From Terriglobia bacterium (lineage in GTDB: Bacteria > Acidobacteriota > Terriglobia > 20CM-2-55-15), in contig CBDAOY010000006.1 in assembly GCA_965198225.1 (NCBI GenBank), positions 160,001 through 224,000 on the forward strand: a stretch of 64,000 nt of DNA. The letters are read 5' to 3'. The notes below the pieces were generated by a model. That model was given only the letters and a program-made list of their open reading frames with translations. It ran no database searches and was not told the origin of the DNA. Below, one piece after another: positions 19,031 through 27,746 of the stretch. Both the position numbers and the translations under genes were made by a program. How positions within the stretch are numbered: the stretch's first letter is position 1; the number at the start of each line of letters is the position of its first letter.

Positions 19031-19384
19031 GTGAACGAATACATCGGTATCGCTGTTAGTTTTGTTGTGGCCGCAGGGATCGCCGGCGCGATGGTGTTCC
19101 TGAGCTCCGTGCTGGGTAAGAAGAACCCTACGCCGGAAAAGATGTCGCCGTTCGAATGTGGCAAGGATCCGTTCTCGCTACCGATGGGAAGGTTGGCGAT
19201 CAAGTTCTACCTGACCGCGATCCTGTTCATCCTCTTCGACGTCGAGCTCGTCTTCCTCTATCCGTGGGCCGTCGTGTTCCGACAGCTGGGATTCCTGGGC
19301 TTGACCGAGATGGGCGTCTTCCTGGGCATCCTGATGGTGGGTTTCGTTTACGCCTGGGACAACGGCGCACTTGACTGGCAATAA
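19031..19384 (+). CDS. nuoA: NADH-quinone oxidoreductase subunit A
   Basis: PFECG, FILFDVELVFLYPWA, GALDW. Confidence 0.93.
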   Translation: MNEYIGIAVSFVVAAGIAGAMVFLSSVLGKKNPTPEKMSPFECGKDPFSLPMGRLAIKFYLTAILFILFDVELVFLYPWAVVFRQLGFLGLTEMGVFLGILMVGFVYAWDNGALDWQ

Positions 19385-19398
19385 AGGAGAGGGGCTCT

Positions 19399-19650
19399 AT
19401 CGCAGATTGGTCATCGGACGAGTCCACATTGGAAGTTGGAGATTGTAAATTGCTCGATTTCTACATTGTTCGGAAATCTGAAATGAAGCAATTTGCAATG
19501 AGCAACTTGCAATGCGGATTGTTCAAATATCGCAATTTGCGATAGGACCGGATCTTCTTTGGGTGCTTGAAAGACGGGATCCATCGCAGATTGGTCATCG
19601 AACGAATCCGCTTTGGAAGTTGGAGATTGGAGATTGCTCCATTTGAAATC
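19399..19650 (+). repeat. TTG-periodic hairpin repeat family (full copy 19399-19543 plus a left arm from 19583)
   Basis: atcgcagattggtcatcg...ttggaagttggagattg / aatctgaaatgaagcaattt...caatttgcgat. Confidence 0.8.
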
Positions 19651-19685
19651 TTCGAATACGAGCGAAATCGACTGACAGTGAAGCT

Positions 19686-20192
19686 ATGACGGACACGACC
19701 ACATCGTTCTTAACCAGCCGCCTTGACAAGGCAATCGGCTGGGCTCGGAAATACTCGATCTTCCAATACCCTTTTGTGACGGCGTGCTGCGGGATGGAGT
19801 ACATGGCGACAGCCTGCTCTCACTACGACGTGGACCGCTTCGGAGCGGGCTTCCCCCGGTTTTCGCCGCGCCAGGCCGACGTGCTCTTCGTCGTGGGCAC
19901 GATCAGTCACAAGATGGCGCCCGTCTTGAAACGCATCCATGAGCAGATGGCCGACCCCAAGTGGGTGGTCGCGTTCGGAGTGTGCACATGTACGGGCGGT
20001 TTCTATGACAACTATGCAACGGTGATGGGTATCGACACGATCATGCCGGTGGATGTCTACATACCCGGATGCCCGCCGCGGCCGGAGATGGTCCTTGACG
20101 GGCTGATGAAGCTCCAGGACAAGATCCAGGACGAGCGAACAACCGGCGTGCGGGCCGAAGCCGAACCTCGCCCGGACATCTTCGAAGCATGA
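19686..20192 (+). CDS. nuoB: NADH-quinone oxidoreductase subunit B
   Basis: ACCGME, SPRQAD, PGCPPRPE. Confidence 0.95.
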   Translation: MTDTTTSFLTSRLDKAIGWARKYSIFQYPFVTACCGMEYMATACSHYDVDRFGAGFPRFSPRQADVLFVVGTISHKMAPVLKRIHEQMADPKWVVAFGVCTCTGGFYDNYATVMGIDTIMPVDVYIPGCPPRPEMVLDGLMKLQDKIQDERTTGVRAEAEPRPDIFEA

Positions 20193-20770
20193 ATACGGCC
20201 TCTTTGATCGAGTCCGTCAAGAACCAGTTCCCGGATGCGGTCCGGGGGTCGCATATTTACCGGGGTGATGCCACCCTGGTCTTGCGGCCCGAATGCCTGG
20301 TCGAAGTGGCGCGGTTTCTCAAGGAAGACCCGGCCTTCCGCATGAACTTCCTGGTAGACGTGACCGCCGTCGACTACCTCACCTTCGGAAAACGGCCGAC
20401 TCCGGCTTTCTTCGCGTCCTCCGGAGTGGCGGTGAAGCCCTCTTCTCAGATTCCCGACGAGGACCCCTGGCCCGGCCCGCCCGCCCGGTCGCGCTTCGCC
20501 CTCGTCTACCACTTCTACTCGATGGCCCACAAGCATCGACTCCGTCTGGTGGTTCCCGTCGAAGAGACCGATGCCGTGGTGGACTCCGTGACCGCTTTGT
20601 GGCCTGGAGCCGACTGGCTCGAGCGCGAGGTCTGGGACATGTTCGGGATCGACTTCCGGGGCCACCCGGACCTGAGGCGCATCCTCATGTACGACGAGTT
20701 TGAAGGTCACCCGTTGCGCAAAGACTATCCCGTCAACAAACGACAGCCCCTGATCGGACCCGTCAACTGA
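20189..20770 (+). CDS. nuoC: NADH-quinone oxidoreductase subunit C
   Basis: DVTAVDY, WLEREVWDMFGI, GHPDLRRIL, HPLRKDYP. Confidence 0.93.
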   Translation: MNTASLIESVKNQFPDAVRGSHIYRGDATLVLRPECLVEVARFLKEDPAFRMNFLVDVTAVDYLTFGKRPTPAFFASSGVAVKPSSQIPDEDPWPGPPARSRFALVYHFYSMAHKHRLRLVVPVEETDAVVDSVTALWPGADWLEREVWDMFGIDFRGHPDLRRILMYDEFEGHPLRKDYPVNKRQPLIGPVN

Positions 20771-20779
20771 TCCGCGCCG

Positions 20780-22159
20780 ATGGACACGACTCCAATGCCC
20801 GAGACAAACCCGACACCCGAGAGCCAGACCGAGAATCTCGAAACGCGCGACATGATGCTCAACATCGGTCCCGCGCACCCGGCCATGCACGGCATCATCC
20901 GGATCGTGTCCAAACTCGATGGGGAACAGATCCAGGAGGCCGACGTGGAGATCGGCTACCTCCACCGCGGTTTCGAAAAGATGTCGGAGGTGGTCGACTA
21001 CAACGGCGTTGTCCCTTACACCGACCGGCTCAACTACGTCTCGCCGCTCATCAACAACATGGGCTACTGCATGAGCGTGGAGAAACTGCTGGGAATCTCG
21101 GTCCCGGAACGCTGCCACTATGTCCGGGTCATCCTTTCAGAAATCTCGCGGATCTCAGACCACCTCACCTGCGTCGGGGCGAGCGCCATGGAACTGGGGG
21201 CCTTCACCGTCTTTCTCTACATGGTCAAGGCGCGCGAGTATCTCTGGGAACTCGTGGAGAAGGTGACCGGCGCCCGCCTGACGGTCAGCTACTGCCGTGT
21301 CGGCGGGGTGAAGGCCGACCTCCCCGACGATTTCGCCGAACCCTGCCGCAAGGCTTTTGAGGAGACCCGCAAGGTCCTCTCCGAATCACACGGACTTCTC
21401 ACACGAAACCGCATCTTCGTAGACCGCATGAACGGAACGGGCGTGATCTCGCAGGAGGACGCCATCTCTTACGGGATTACGGGCCCCTTCCTTCGTTCCA
21501 CAGGCGCCGATTACGACGTGCGCAAGGACTGCCCCTACGCCGTCTACGACCAGATCCCTTTCGAAGTGCCGGTGGGAAGCCAGGGCGACAACATGGACCG
21601 GTACCTTGTACGCATGGAAGAGATGGAGCAGTCCATGCGCATCGTGGAAAGGGCGCTCGCGGACATCCCGGCCGGCGCGGTCCAGGTTGATCCGGAGACC
21701 GGACGCGACATCCCGGCGGCAGAGATGGTGGATCTTGCGAAGGTTGGAAACATCGCGGCGATCTCGGGCGGTTGCGCCGTGCCGGGCCCTACTCTCGAGG
21801 GCTCGGGGCGTGCCCAACGTCCCTCTATTGCAGCCGACGAGAAGCGGGCCTTCCTCCCATCGAAGGAGGACACCTACGGCAACATCGAAGGACTGATGAA
21901 CCATTTCAAGCTGGTCATGCACGGCCACGGCGTGCGGCCTCCGGCTGGAGAGGTCTACTTCCCGGTGGAAGGGGCCAACGGCGAGCTGGGATTTTACGTG
22001 ATCAGCGACGGAGCGGGGAACCCATTCCGGGTCCGGGTACGGCCGCCCTGCTTTGCCATCATGTCGGCTCTATCGAAACTCCTTACCGGCGACATGATCG
22101 CCGACATGGTCCCCACCTTCGGGTCGGTCAACATGATCGGTGGAGAACTGGACCGGTAG
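20780..22159 (+). CDS. nuoD: NADH-quinone oxidoreductase subunit D
   Basis: NIGPAHPAMHG, GYLHRGFEK, DRLNY, GELDR. Confidence 0.95.
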   Translation: MDTTPMPETNPTPESQTENLETRDMMLNIGPAHPAMHGIIRIVSKLDGEQIQEADVEIGYLHRGFEKMSEVVDYNGVVPYTDRLNYVSPLINNMGYCMSVEKLLGISVPERCHYVRVILSEISRISDHLTCVGASAMELGAFTVFLYMVKAREYLWELVEKVTGARLTVSYCRVGGVKADLPDDFAEPCRKAFEETRKVLSESHGLLTRNRIFVDRMNGTGVISQEDAISYGITGPFLRSTGADYDVRKDCPYAVYDQIPFEVPVGSQGDNMDRYLVRMEEMEQSMRIVERALADIPAGAVQVDPETGRDIPAAEMVDLAKVGNIAAISGGCAVPGPTLEGSGRAQRPSIAADEKRAFLPSKEDTYGNIEGLMNHFKLVMHGHGVRPPAGEVYFPVEGANGELGFYVISDGAGNPFRVRVRPPCFAIMSALSKLLTGDMIADMVPTFGSVNMIGGELDR

Positions 22160-22262
22160 CATTGGAGATTGCTGGAGTTGTTATTGGTCAGAAAATCTGA
22201 AATGAAGCAATTTCCAATGAACAACCTGCAATGTGGATTGTTCAGATATCGCGATTTGCGAT
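22160..22262 (+). repeat. TTG-periodic hairpin repeat family, partial copy
   Basis: aatctgaaatgaagcaatttccaatgaacaacctgcaatgtggattgttcagatatcgcgatttgcgat. Confidence 0.75.
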
Positions 22263-22318
22263 ACGTCATTCAAAAACGCGATTTGCAACTAGACCACTAA
22301 GCTTTCGGAAGAGCTGAA

Positions 22319-24106
22319 TTGGCAGACCTTGAAAGCAAAGCCGACGAGATCATAGGGCGCTACGAGTACCCCAAGGCCGCCATGTTGCCTCTGTTGTGGC
22401 TCGTCCAGGAAGACCGCGGCTGGGTCTCCCCGGAAGACGAGGCCTGGGTTGGGCGCAAGCTTGGGGTGGCGATCTCCCACGTGCGCGAGGCGGTCTCCTT
22501 CTACAACATGTTCCACACCCGACCCGTGGGCCGGCGAGAGCTCCGGGTCTGCACTTCTCCGCCGTGCATGCTGCGCGGTGCCGACGATCTGATGGAGCAG
22601 ATCAAAGAGCGTCTCAAGATCGGTCCGGGCGAGACCACCTCCGGCCTGTCTGTCACGCTCACGGAGGTCGAATGCCTGTGCGCCTGCGAGATGGCGCCCA
22701 TGGCCCAACTTGACGAACGTTTTGTCGGACCTCTCGAAGGTGAAAGCGTCGATGCCATTGTCTCCGACGCGCTCACCGAACCGGGCAACCCCGAATCGAC
22801 GCCGGAGCCGAACCCCTTCATCTGCTCGGACGGGCCGGTGCTGTCGACACGTCTCGGCAACACCGAGGGAACGTGGTTCCAAGCCTACACGGCGGACGAG
22901 GGTTACCTAGCGGCCAGGAAGGTACTGAGTACGATGAAGCCCGAAGACGTGATCGACGAGGTTTCCAAAGCCAACTTGCGCGGTCTGGGCGGCGCGGGAT
23001 TTCCGGCGGGCAGGAAGTGGTCGTTCGTCCCGAAGGGTTCAAACAAGCCCAGGTATCTGGTCGTAAACGCGGACGAGGGCGAGCCCGGCACTTTCAAGGA
23101 CCGCTACATCATGGAGCGGGATCCTCACGCGCTGCTCGAAGGCATGATCCTCGCCGCCTACGCGATCGGAAGTCACAAGGCCTATGTCTACATCCGCGGT
23201 GAGTACTTCCGGTCTGCCAAGCGCCTGCAGCGTGCCATAGACGAGGCCTACAGCCAGGGCTGGCTGGGCAAGGACATACAGGGAACAGGCTTCGATCTGG
23301 ACGTGGTTGTCCACCGCGGGGCAGGTGCCTATATCTGCGGCGAAGAGACCGCACTGCTTACCTCGCTCGAGGGCGGAAAGGGCTTTCCCCGCCTGAAGCC
23401 CCCGTTCCCAGCTATCTCGGGTCTCTTCGCCTGTCCCACGATCGTCAACAACGTGGAAACACTGGCCTGCGTGCCTTTCATCATGCGCTACGGTGCCGAA
23501 CGCTTCGCCGCAATCGGCACGGCCAAACAGGGTGGCACTCGGCTTTTCTGCGTGAGCGGACATGTGGTCCGTCCGGGTGTGTACGAAGAGCCGGTGGGCG
23601 TGACCCTGAGGGAACTGATCGAGAAAGCCGGGGGCGTCCGCGACGGAAACAAGCTGAAGGCCGTCATCCCCGGCGGAATTTCGGCCAAAATCCTGACGTC
23701 GGATGAGATCGACGTGGGCATGGACTTCGACTCCCTCATGGCCGCCGGCAGCATGGCAGGTTCCGGCGGTGTCATCGTGATGGATGAGACGACTTCCATC
23801 GTCGAGGCGCTGGATTGGGCGGCCAAGTTCTTCGCCGACGAGTCGTGCGGCCAGTGCTCGCCGTGTCGCGAGGGAACCGGCTGGGTCCATCGCATCCTGG
23901 GCCGTATCCTGGACGGCAACGGGAGCGTCCAGGACCTGGACGATCTTCTCGGCATCGCCGGCGATATGGAAGGAAATACGATCTGCGTCTTCGCCGACGC
24001 GGCAGCCTGGCCGGTTCAGTCCTACATCGCGAAGTTCCGTGACGAGTTCGAAGAGTTCATCCGCAGCGGTCGGAGGGCCGGGAGCCGGGAGGCCGCCCAT
24101 GCCTAA
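22319..24106 (+). CDS. nuoF: Fused NADH-quinone oxidoreductase subunits E and F
   Basis: N-terminal NuoE (SFYNMF, CTSPPC, ECLCAC) in frame with NuoF (GLGGAGFP, NADEGEPGTFKD, GAGAYICGEETAL, ESCGQCSPCREG). Confidence 0.92.
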   Translation: MADLESKADEIIGRYEYPKAAMLPLLWLVQEDRGWVSPEDEAWVGRKLGVAISHVREAVSFYNMFHTRPVGRRELRVCTSPPCMLRGADDLMEQIKERLKIGPGETTSGLSVTLTEVECLCACEMAPMAQLDERFVGPLEGESVDAIVSDALTEPGNPESTPEPNPFICSDGPVLSTRLGNTEGTWFQAYTADEGYLAARKVLSTMKPEDVIDEVSKANLRGLGGAGFPAGRKWSFVPKGSNKPRYLVVNADEGEPGTFKDRYIMERDPHALLEGMILAAYAIGSHKAYVYIRGEYFRSAKRLQRAIDEAYSQGWLGKDIQGTGFDLDVVVHRGAGAYICGEETALLTSLEGGKGFPRLKPPFPAISGLFACPTIVNNVETLACVPFIMRYGAERFAAIGTAKQGGTRLFCVSGHVVRPGVYEEPVGVTLRELIEKAGGVRDGNKLKAVIPGGISAKILTSDEIDVGMDFDSLMAAGSMAGSGGVIVMDETTSIVEALDWAAKFFADESCGQCSPCREGTGWVHRILGRILDGNGSVQDLDDLLGIAGDMEGNTICVFADAAAWPVQSYIAKFRDEFEEFIRSGRRAGSREAAHA

Positions 24107-25718
24107 GCTGACCATCGACGGCCGCGAGGTGAACGTGGCTGACGGATCCACCGTCATCCAGGCGGCCGAACAGCTGGGAATCTTCGTTCCGCGCTACTGC
24201 TACCACCCCGGCCTGTCCATTGCGGGCAACTGCCGCATCTGCCTGGTGGATGTGGAGAAGGCCCCCAAGCTCCAGATCGCCTGTAACTCGCCCGCAACGG
24301 AAGGCATGGTGGTGCACACCACCAACGACAAGGCCGAGGACGGCCGCCGGGCGGTCCTGGAGTTCCTCCTGGCCAATCACCCGCTCGATTGCCCGGTCTG
24401 CGACCAGTCCGGTGAGTGCGACCTGCAGAATTTCTACATGAACTTCGGCCTCTACAACCCGCGCTTCCGTGAACACAAGGTCAAAAAGCAGAAAGCCGTC
24501 GAACTCGGCCCCCATGTGATGCTGGACCAGGAGCGCTGCATTCTCTGCTCGCGCTGTGTGCGCTTCACGGACGAGATTACGAAAACCGGCGAGTTCGGCA
24601 TCTTCAATCGGGGGGACCGTGCCGAGTTGGGGCTCTATCCGGGTGACGTACTCGACAACCCCTACTCGGCCAACGTCGTCGACATCTGTCCGGTCGGCGC
24701 ACTGACCGAGAATGATTTCCGTTTCAAGGCCCGGGTCTGGTACCTCTCCAGCGCCCCCACGATCTGCAATGGCTGCAGCCAGGGATGCAACGTGGATATG
24801 CACTATGTCCTCGACCGTCCCCACTTGAACGATGGGGCTCGCGTCGTGCGTCTCAAGCCCCGCTACAACGCGGATGTAAACGAATGGTGGCTGTGCGACG
24901 AGGGGCGATACGGCTTCGGATGGCTGGATCGAGACAGATTACAGAAAGTTCGCGGGCCGGCAGCGGCAAGTGCAGCTGCAACCTGGGATCAGGCCCTCAA
25001 CGCGATCTCGACAGCCCTCGGCGAAGGCTATGGGGACGGCGCTCGGATCGGCGTACTCGCGTCGGCTCAGCTCACCAACGAGGAGCTTTTCCTGATCCGG
25101 GAGGTCTTCCAGCGGGGTCTGGGCGCGCGAGTCAGCGCTGTGGTTCCGGATGAGCCTGGAACCTCGGACGATTTCCTCATCAAGGCGGACAAGAATCCCA
25201 ACACCGCGGGAACCACCATCCTGGGCCTGACCGGCGGGGATGCAACTGACGGCGCGCTGATCGTCGACGAGGCGCTGGCGGGGAACGTCGACGTCCTGTG
25301 GGTTATCGGGCACGACATGGTGGCCCTCTTCGGGGAGGAGAGGGTCCGAGAGCTATCGGAGCGGGTGGGTCTGTTCGTCTTCTCGGGGACAAACCAGAAC
25401 CCAACCGTACCGTTCGCTCATTGGGTCCTGCCGACCGCGGCCTACGTGGAAAAGGACGGCACCTTCGTGAACTGCCACGGTCGGATCCAACGCATCGGTC
25501 TTGCCGTTCCGCCCCTGGATGACTCGAGAGAAGAGTGGCGCATCCTGCTTGAACTGGCTGGAAAGCTCGGCCTCGGGCTCGATTGGAAGGAACCGGAGGA
25601 GATTTTCCGGGCGCTCGCCGAAGCCGAGACGGCGTTCGAAGGGTTGAGCTATGACACGATCGGATCTCAGGGGGTCGATGTCCGCCCGACCGCGCCCGCG
25701 GGGACCATCGAATCATGA
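24099..25718 (+). CDS. nuoG: NADH-quinone oxidoreductase subunit G (short, 539 aa)
   Basis: CYHPGLSIAGNCRIC, HPLDCPVCDQSGEC, CILCSRC, CNGCSQGC. Confidence 0.9.
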   Translation: MPKLTIDGREVNVADGSTVIQAAEQLGIFVPRYCYHPGLSIAGNCRICLVDVEKAPKLQIACNSPATEGMVVHTTNDKAEDGRRAVLEFLLANHPLDCPVCDQSGECDLQNFYMNFGLYNPRFREHKVKKQKAVELGPHVMLDQERCILCSRCVRFTDEITKTGEFGIFNRGDRAELGLYPGDVLDNPYSANVVDICPVGALTENDFRFKARVWYLSSAPTICNGCSQGCNVDMHYVLDRPHLNDGARVVRLKPRYNADVNEWWLCDEGRYGFGWLDRDRLQKVRGPAAASAAATWDQALNAISTALGEGYGDGARIGVLASAQLTNEELFLIREVFQRGLGARVSAVVPDEPGTSDDFLIKADKNPNTAGTTILGLTGGDATDGALIVDEALAGNVDVLWVIGHDMVALFGEERVRELSERVGLFVFSGTNQNPTVPFAHWVLPTAAYVEKDGTFVNCHGRIQRIGLAVPPLDDSREEWRILLELAGKLGLGLDWKEPEEIFRALAEAETAFEGLSYDTIGSQGVDVRPTAPAGTIES

Positions 25719-26830
25719 TTGAGACCCTGGTCATCAAGCTGGTCCTGGTCAGTATCGTGTTTTTCGGTGTCCTGAACCTGGCGGGTTTTCACACCTGGGT
25801 GGAGCGGAAGCAATCGGCCCTCATCCAGGACAGGATCGGGGCCAACCGCGCCGACATTTTCGGCTTTCGGCTGCTGGGAATGCTTCACGGCGTGGCCGAC
25901 GTGATCAAGATGTTCACCAAGGAGGACATCGTCCCGGACGGCGCGGACAAGACCCTCCACACGCTGGCTCCTTTTTTCTCGGTCTTCTTCGCCCTGGTCG
26001 TTTTTGCAGCAGTCCCCTTTGGACCCAGCCTCATCCTGGGGGAAAGGGTCATCGAACTCCAGGTCGCCAAGATCGACGCGGCGCTGCTCTACATCTTTGC
26101 AATGCTCTCACTCGGGGTCTATGGAGTGATCCTGGGGGGCTTTGCCTCGCGAAACAACTACGCCATTCTCGGCGGACTGCGGGCAACGGCGCAGATGATC
26201 TCCTACGAGATTGCACTGGGCATCGCCGTCCTCGGAGTGATCATGGTCCATGGGACCATGGACCTGAATGAGCTGGTCCTGGCCCAGGGGCAGCTGATCG
26301 GCGGCTGGATCCCTCTCTGGGGTATCGTCACCCAGCCGGTGGCTTTCTTCATTTTCCTGACCGCGGCCCTCGCTGAGACCAAGAGACTTCCCTTCGACAT
26401 ACCGGAAGGCGAGTCGGAAATCATCGGCTATTTCGTCGAGTACAGCGGGATGAAGTTCGGAATGTTCTTCCTCACGGATTTCCTGGAAACCATCGTGGTG
26501 GCATGCCTGGCGACGACACTCTTTTTTGGCGGTTGGCAAGTGCCCTTCCTTGTGGCGGATTACGAGACTGCGACCTTCGGCTTCCACTTCCCCTGGGGTG
26601 GGGAGTTGTTGGTCTCCAACATTGTCTACGTCCTGCTCGGGGTCGCCAGCTTTTCGTTCAAGAGCTTCGTCTTCCTTTTTGTATTCATGCAGCTGCGCTG
26701 GACGCTGCCGCGCTTCCGTTACGACCAGCTGATGAGCCTGGGCTGGAAAGGGCTGTTCCCGATCTCGGTGGCGAACGTCGTCGTGACAGCCGTGGTGCTG
26801 TCTTTTTTCGGGCAAGGGTTTTCTGAGTGA
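25715..26830 (+). CDS. nuoH: NADH-quinone oxidoreductase subunit H
   Basis: ERK...QDRIG, AQMISYE, PFDIPEGESE, RFRYDQLM. Confidence 0.95.
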   Translation: MIETLVIKLVLVSIVFFGVLNLAGFHTWVERKQSALIQDRIGANRADIFGFRLLGMLHGVADVIKMFTKEDIVPDGADKTLHTLAPFFSVFFALVVFAAVPFGPSLILGERVIELQVAKIDAALLYIFAMLSLGVYGVILGGFASRNNYAILGGLRATAQMISYEIALGIAVLGVIMVHGTMDLNELVLAQGQLIGGWIPLWGIVTQPVAFFIFLTAALAETKRLPFDIPEGESEIIGYFVEYSGMKFGMFFLTDFLETIVVACLATTLFFGGWQVPFLVADYETATFGFHFPWGGELLVSNIVYVLLGVASFSFKSFVFLFVFMQLRWTLPRFRYDQLMSLGWKGLFPISVANVVVTAVVLSFFGQGFSE

Positions 26831-26847
26831 GCGGCCCGTGAAGAGTT

Positions 26848-27023
26848 ATTGCAGATTGGGTCATTGCACGAATCCGCATTGCAAGTTGGAGATTGGAAAT
26901 TGCTGAATCTGTCATCGGTCGGAGGCCTGGAATCGTCCCCGGCAAGCTTCCCAGAATCTGAAATGAAGCAATCTACAATGAGCAACCTGCAATGCGGATT
27001 GTTGAGATATCGCAATTTGCAAT
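26848..27023 (+). repeat. TTG-periodic hairpin repeat family, full copy
   Basis: Both arms present, matching 19399-19543. Confidence 0.8.
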
Positions 27024-27078
27024 CGAACCCACTGAAACTAAGTTTTCGAACGAGACTCTTCTTCGGGGAGGGGTCATA

Positions 27079-27708
27079 GTGGCTGCAAAGGTAAAGGTCG
27101 TCCGCAGGCCCGAGCTGACCTTTTGGGAGAAACTCTACATTCCCCAGATCGTGTCGGGCCTCAAGATCACCTTCCGACATTTCTTCCGCAACCTCTTTCT
27201 GCACATCGCCCACCAGGCGGGCCGCTACACGAACGTCTCCGCCGCGGCCACCATCCAGTACCCCGAGGAGCTCCGGCCCCTCATGTCTCGGTTCCGCAGC
27301 CGCCACAGGCTGACCCTGCGTGAGGACAAGACCCCGCGCTGCGTGGGGTGCATGCTCTGTGAAACGGTCTGCCCGGCCAAATGCATCACCATCGTGCCCG
27401 GTGAGCATCCCGACCCCATGGTGGAGAAGTACCCGATCCGCTTCGACATCGACTTGGGCGTCTGCGTCTACTGCGGCTACTGCGTCGAGGTGTGCCCCGA
27501 GGACGCCATCCGGATGGACACGGGTATCCTCGATGTCGCCGCCTACTCGCGCGAGGCCATGCAGCTGGACATCCATGAACTGATGGATCCTCAATTGCGC
27601 AAACCGATCGCCGACTGCAGCCTGGAATTTCCCCACAAGTGCGAACTGACCGGCGGAGAAATTAAGGGTAACTGGGACGTGTTGACGAGGCCCGAGTCAG
27701 GTGACTGA
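27079..27708 (+). CDS. nuoI: NADH-quinone oxidoreductase subunit I
   Basis: GTG start after GGAGGGG; TIQYPEE; two CxxCxxCxxxCP motifs. Confidence 0.92.
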   Translation: MAAKVKVVRRPELTFWEKLYIPQIVSGLKITFRHFFRNLFLHIAHQAGRYTNVSAAATIQYPEELRPLMSRFRSRHRLTLREDKTPRCVGCMLCETVCPAKCITIVPGEHPDPMVEKYPIRFDIDLGVCVYCGYCVEVCPEDAIRMDTGILDVAAYSREAMQLDIHELMDPQLRKPIADCSLEFPHKCELTGGEIKGNWDVLTRPESGD

Positions 27709-27746
27709 CGGCATGGAGAATCCAATTCCTTTTTGGTAGCCGCACT

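Noticed and set aside
19399-19650. Repeated intergenic units as a CRISPR array
   Set aside because: Long imperfect hairpins dispersed across the window, no regular repeat-spacer pattern and no cas genes.
26992-27078. N-terminal extension of NuoI in the ORF track (likewise 11685 for nuoK, 23784 for nuoG, 54627 for the receptor)
   Set aside because: Extensions run through repeats or the upstream gene; better starts lie downstream.
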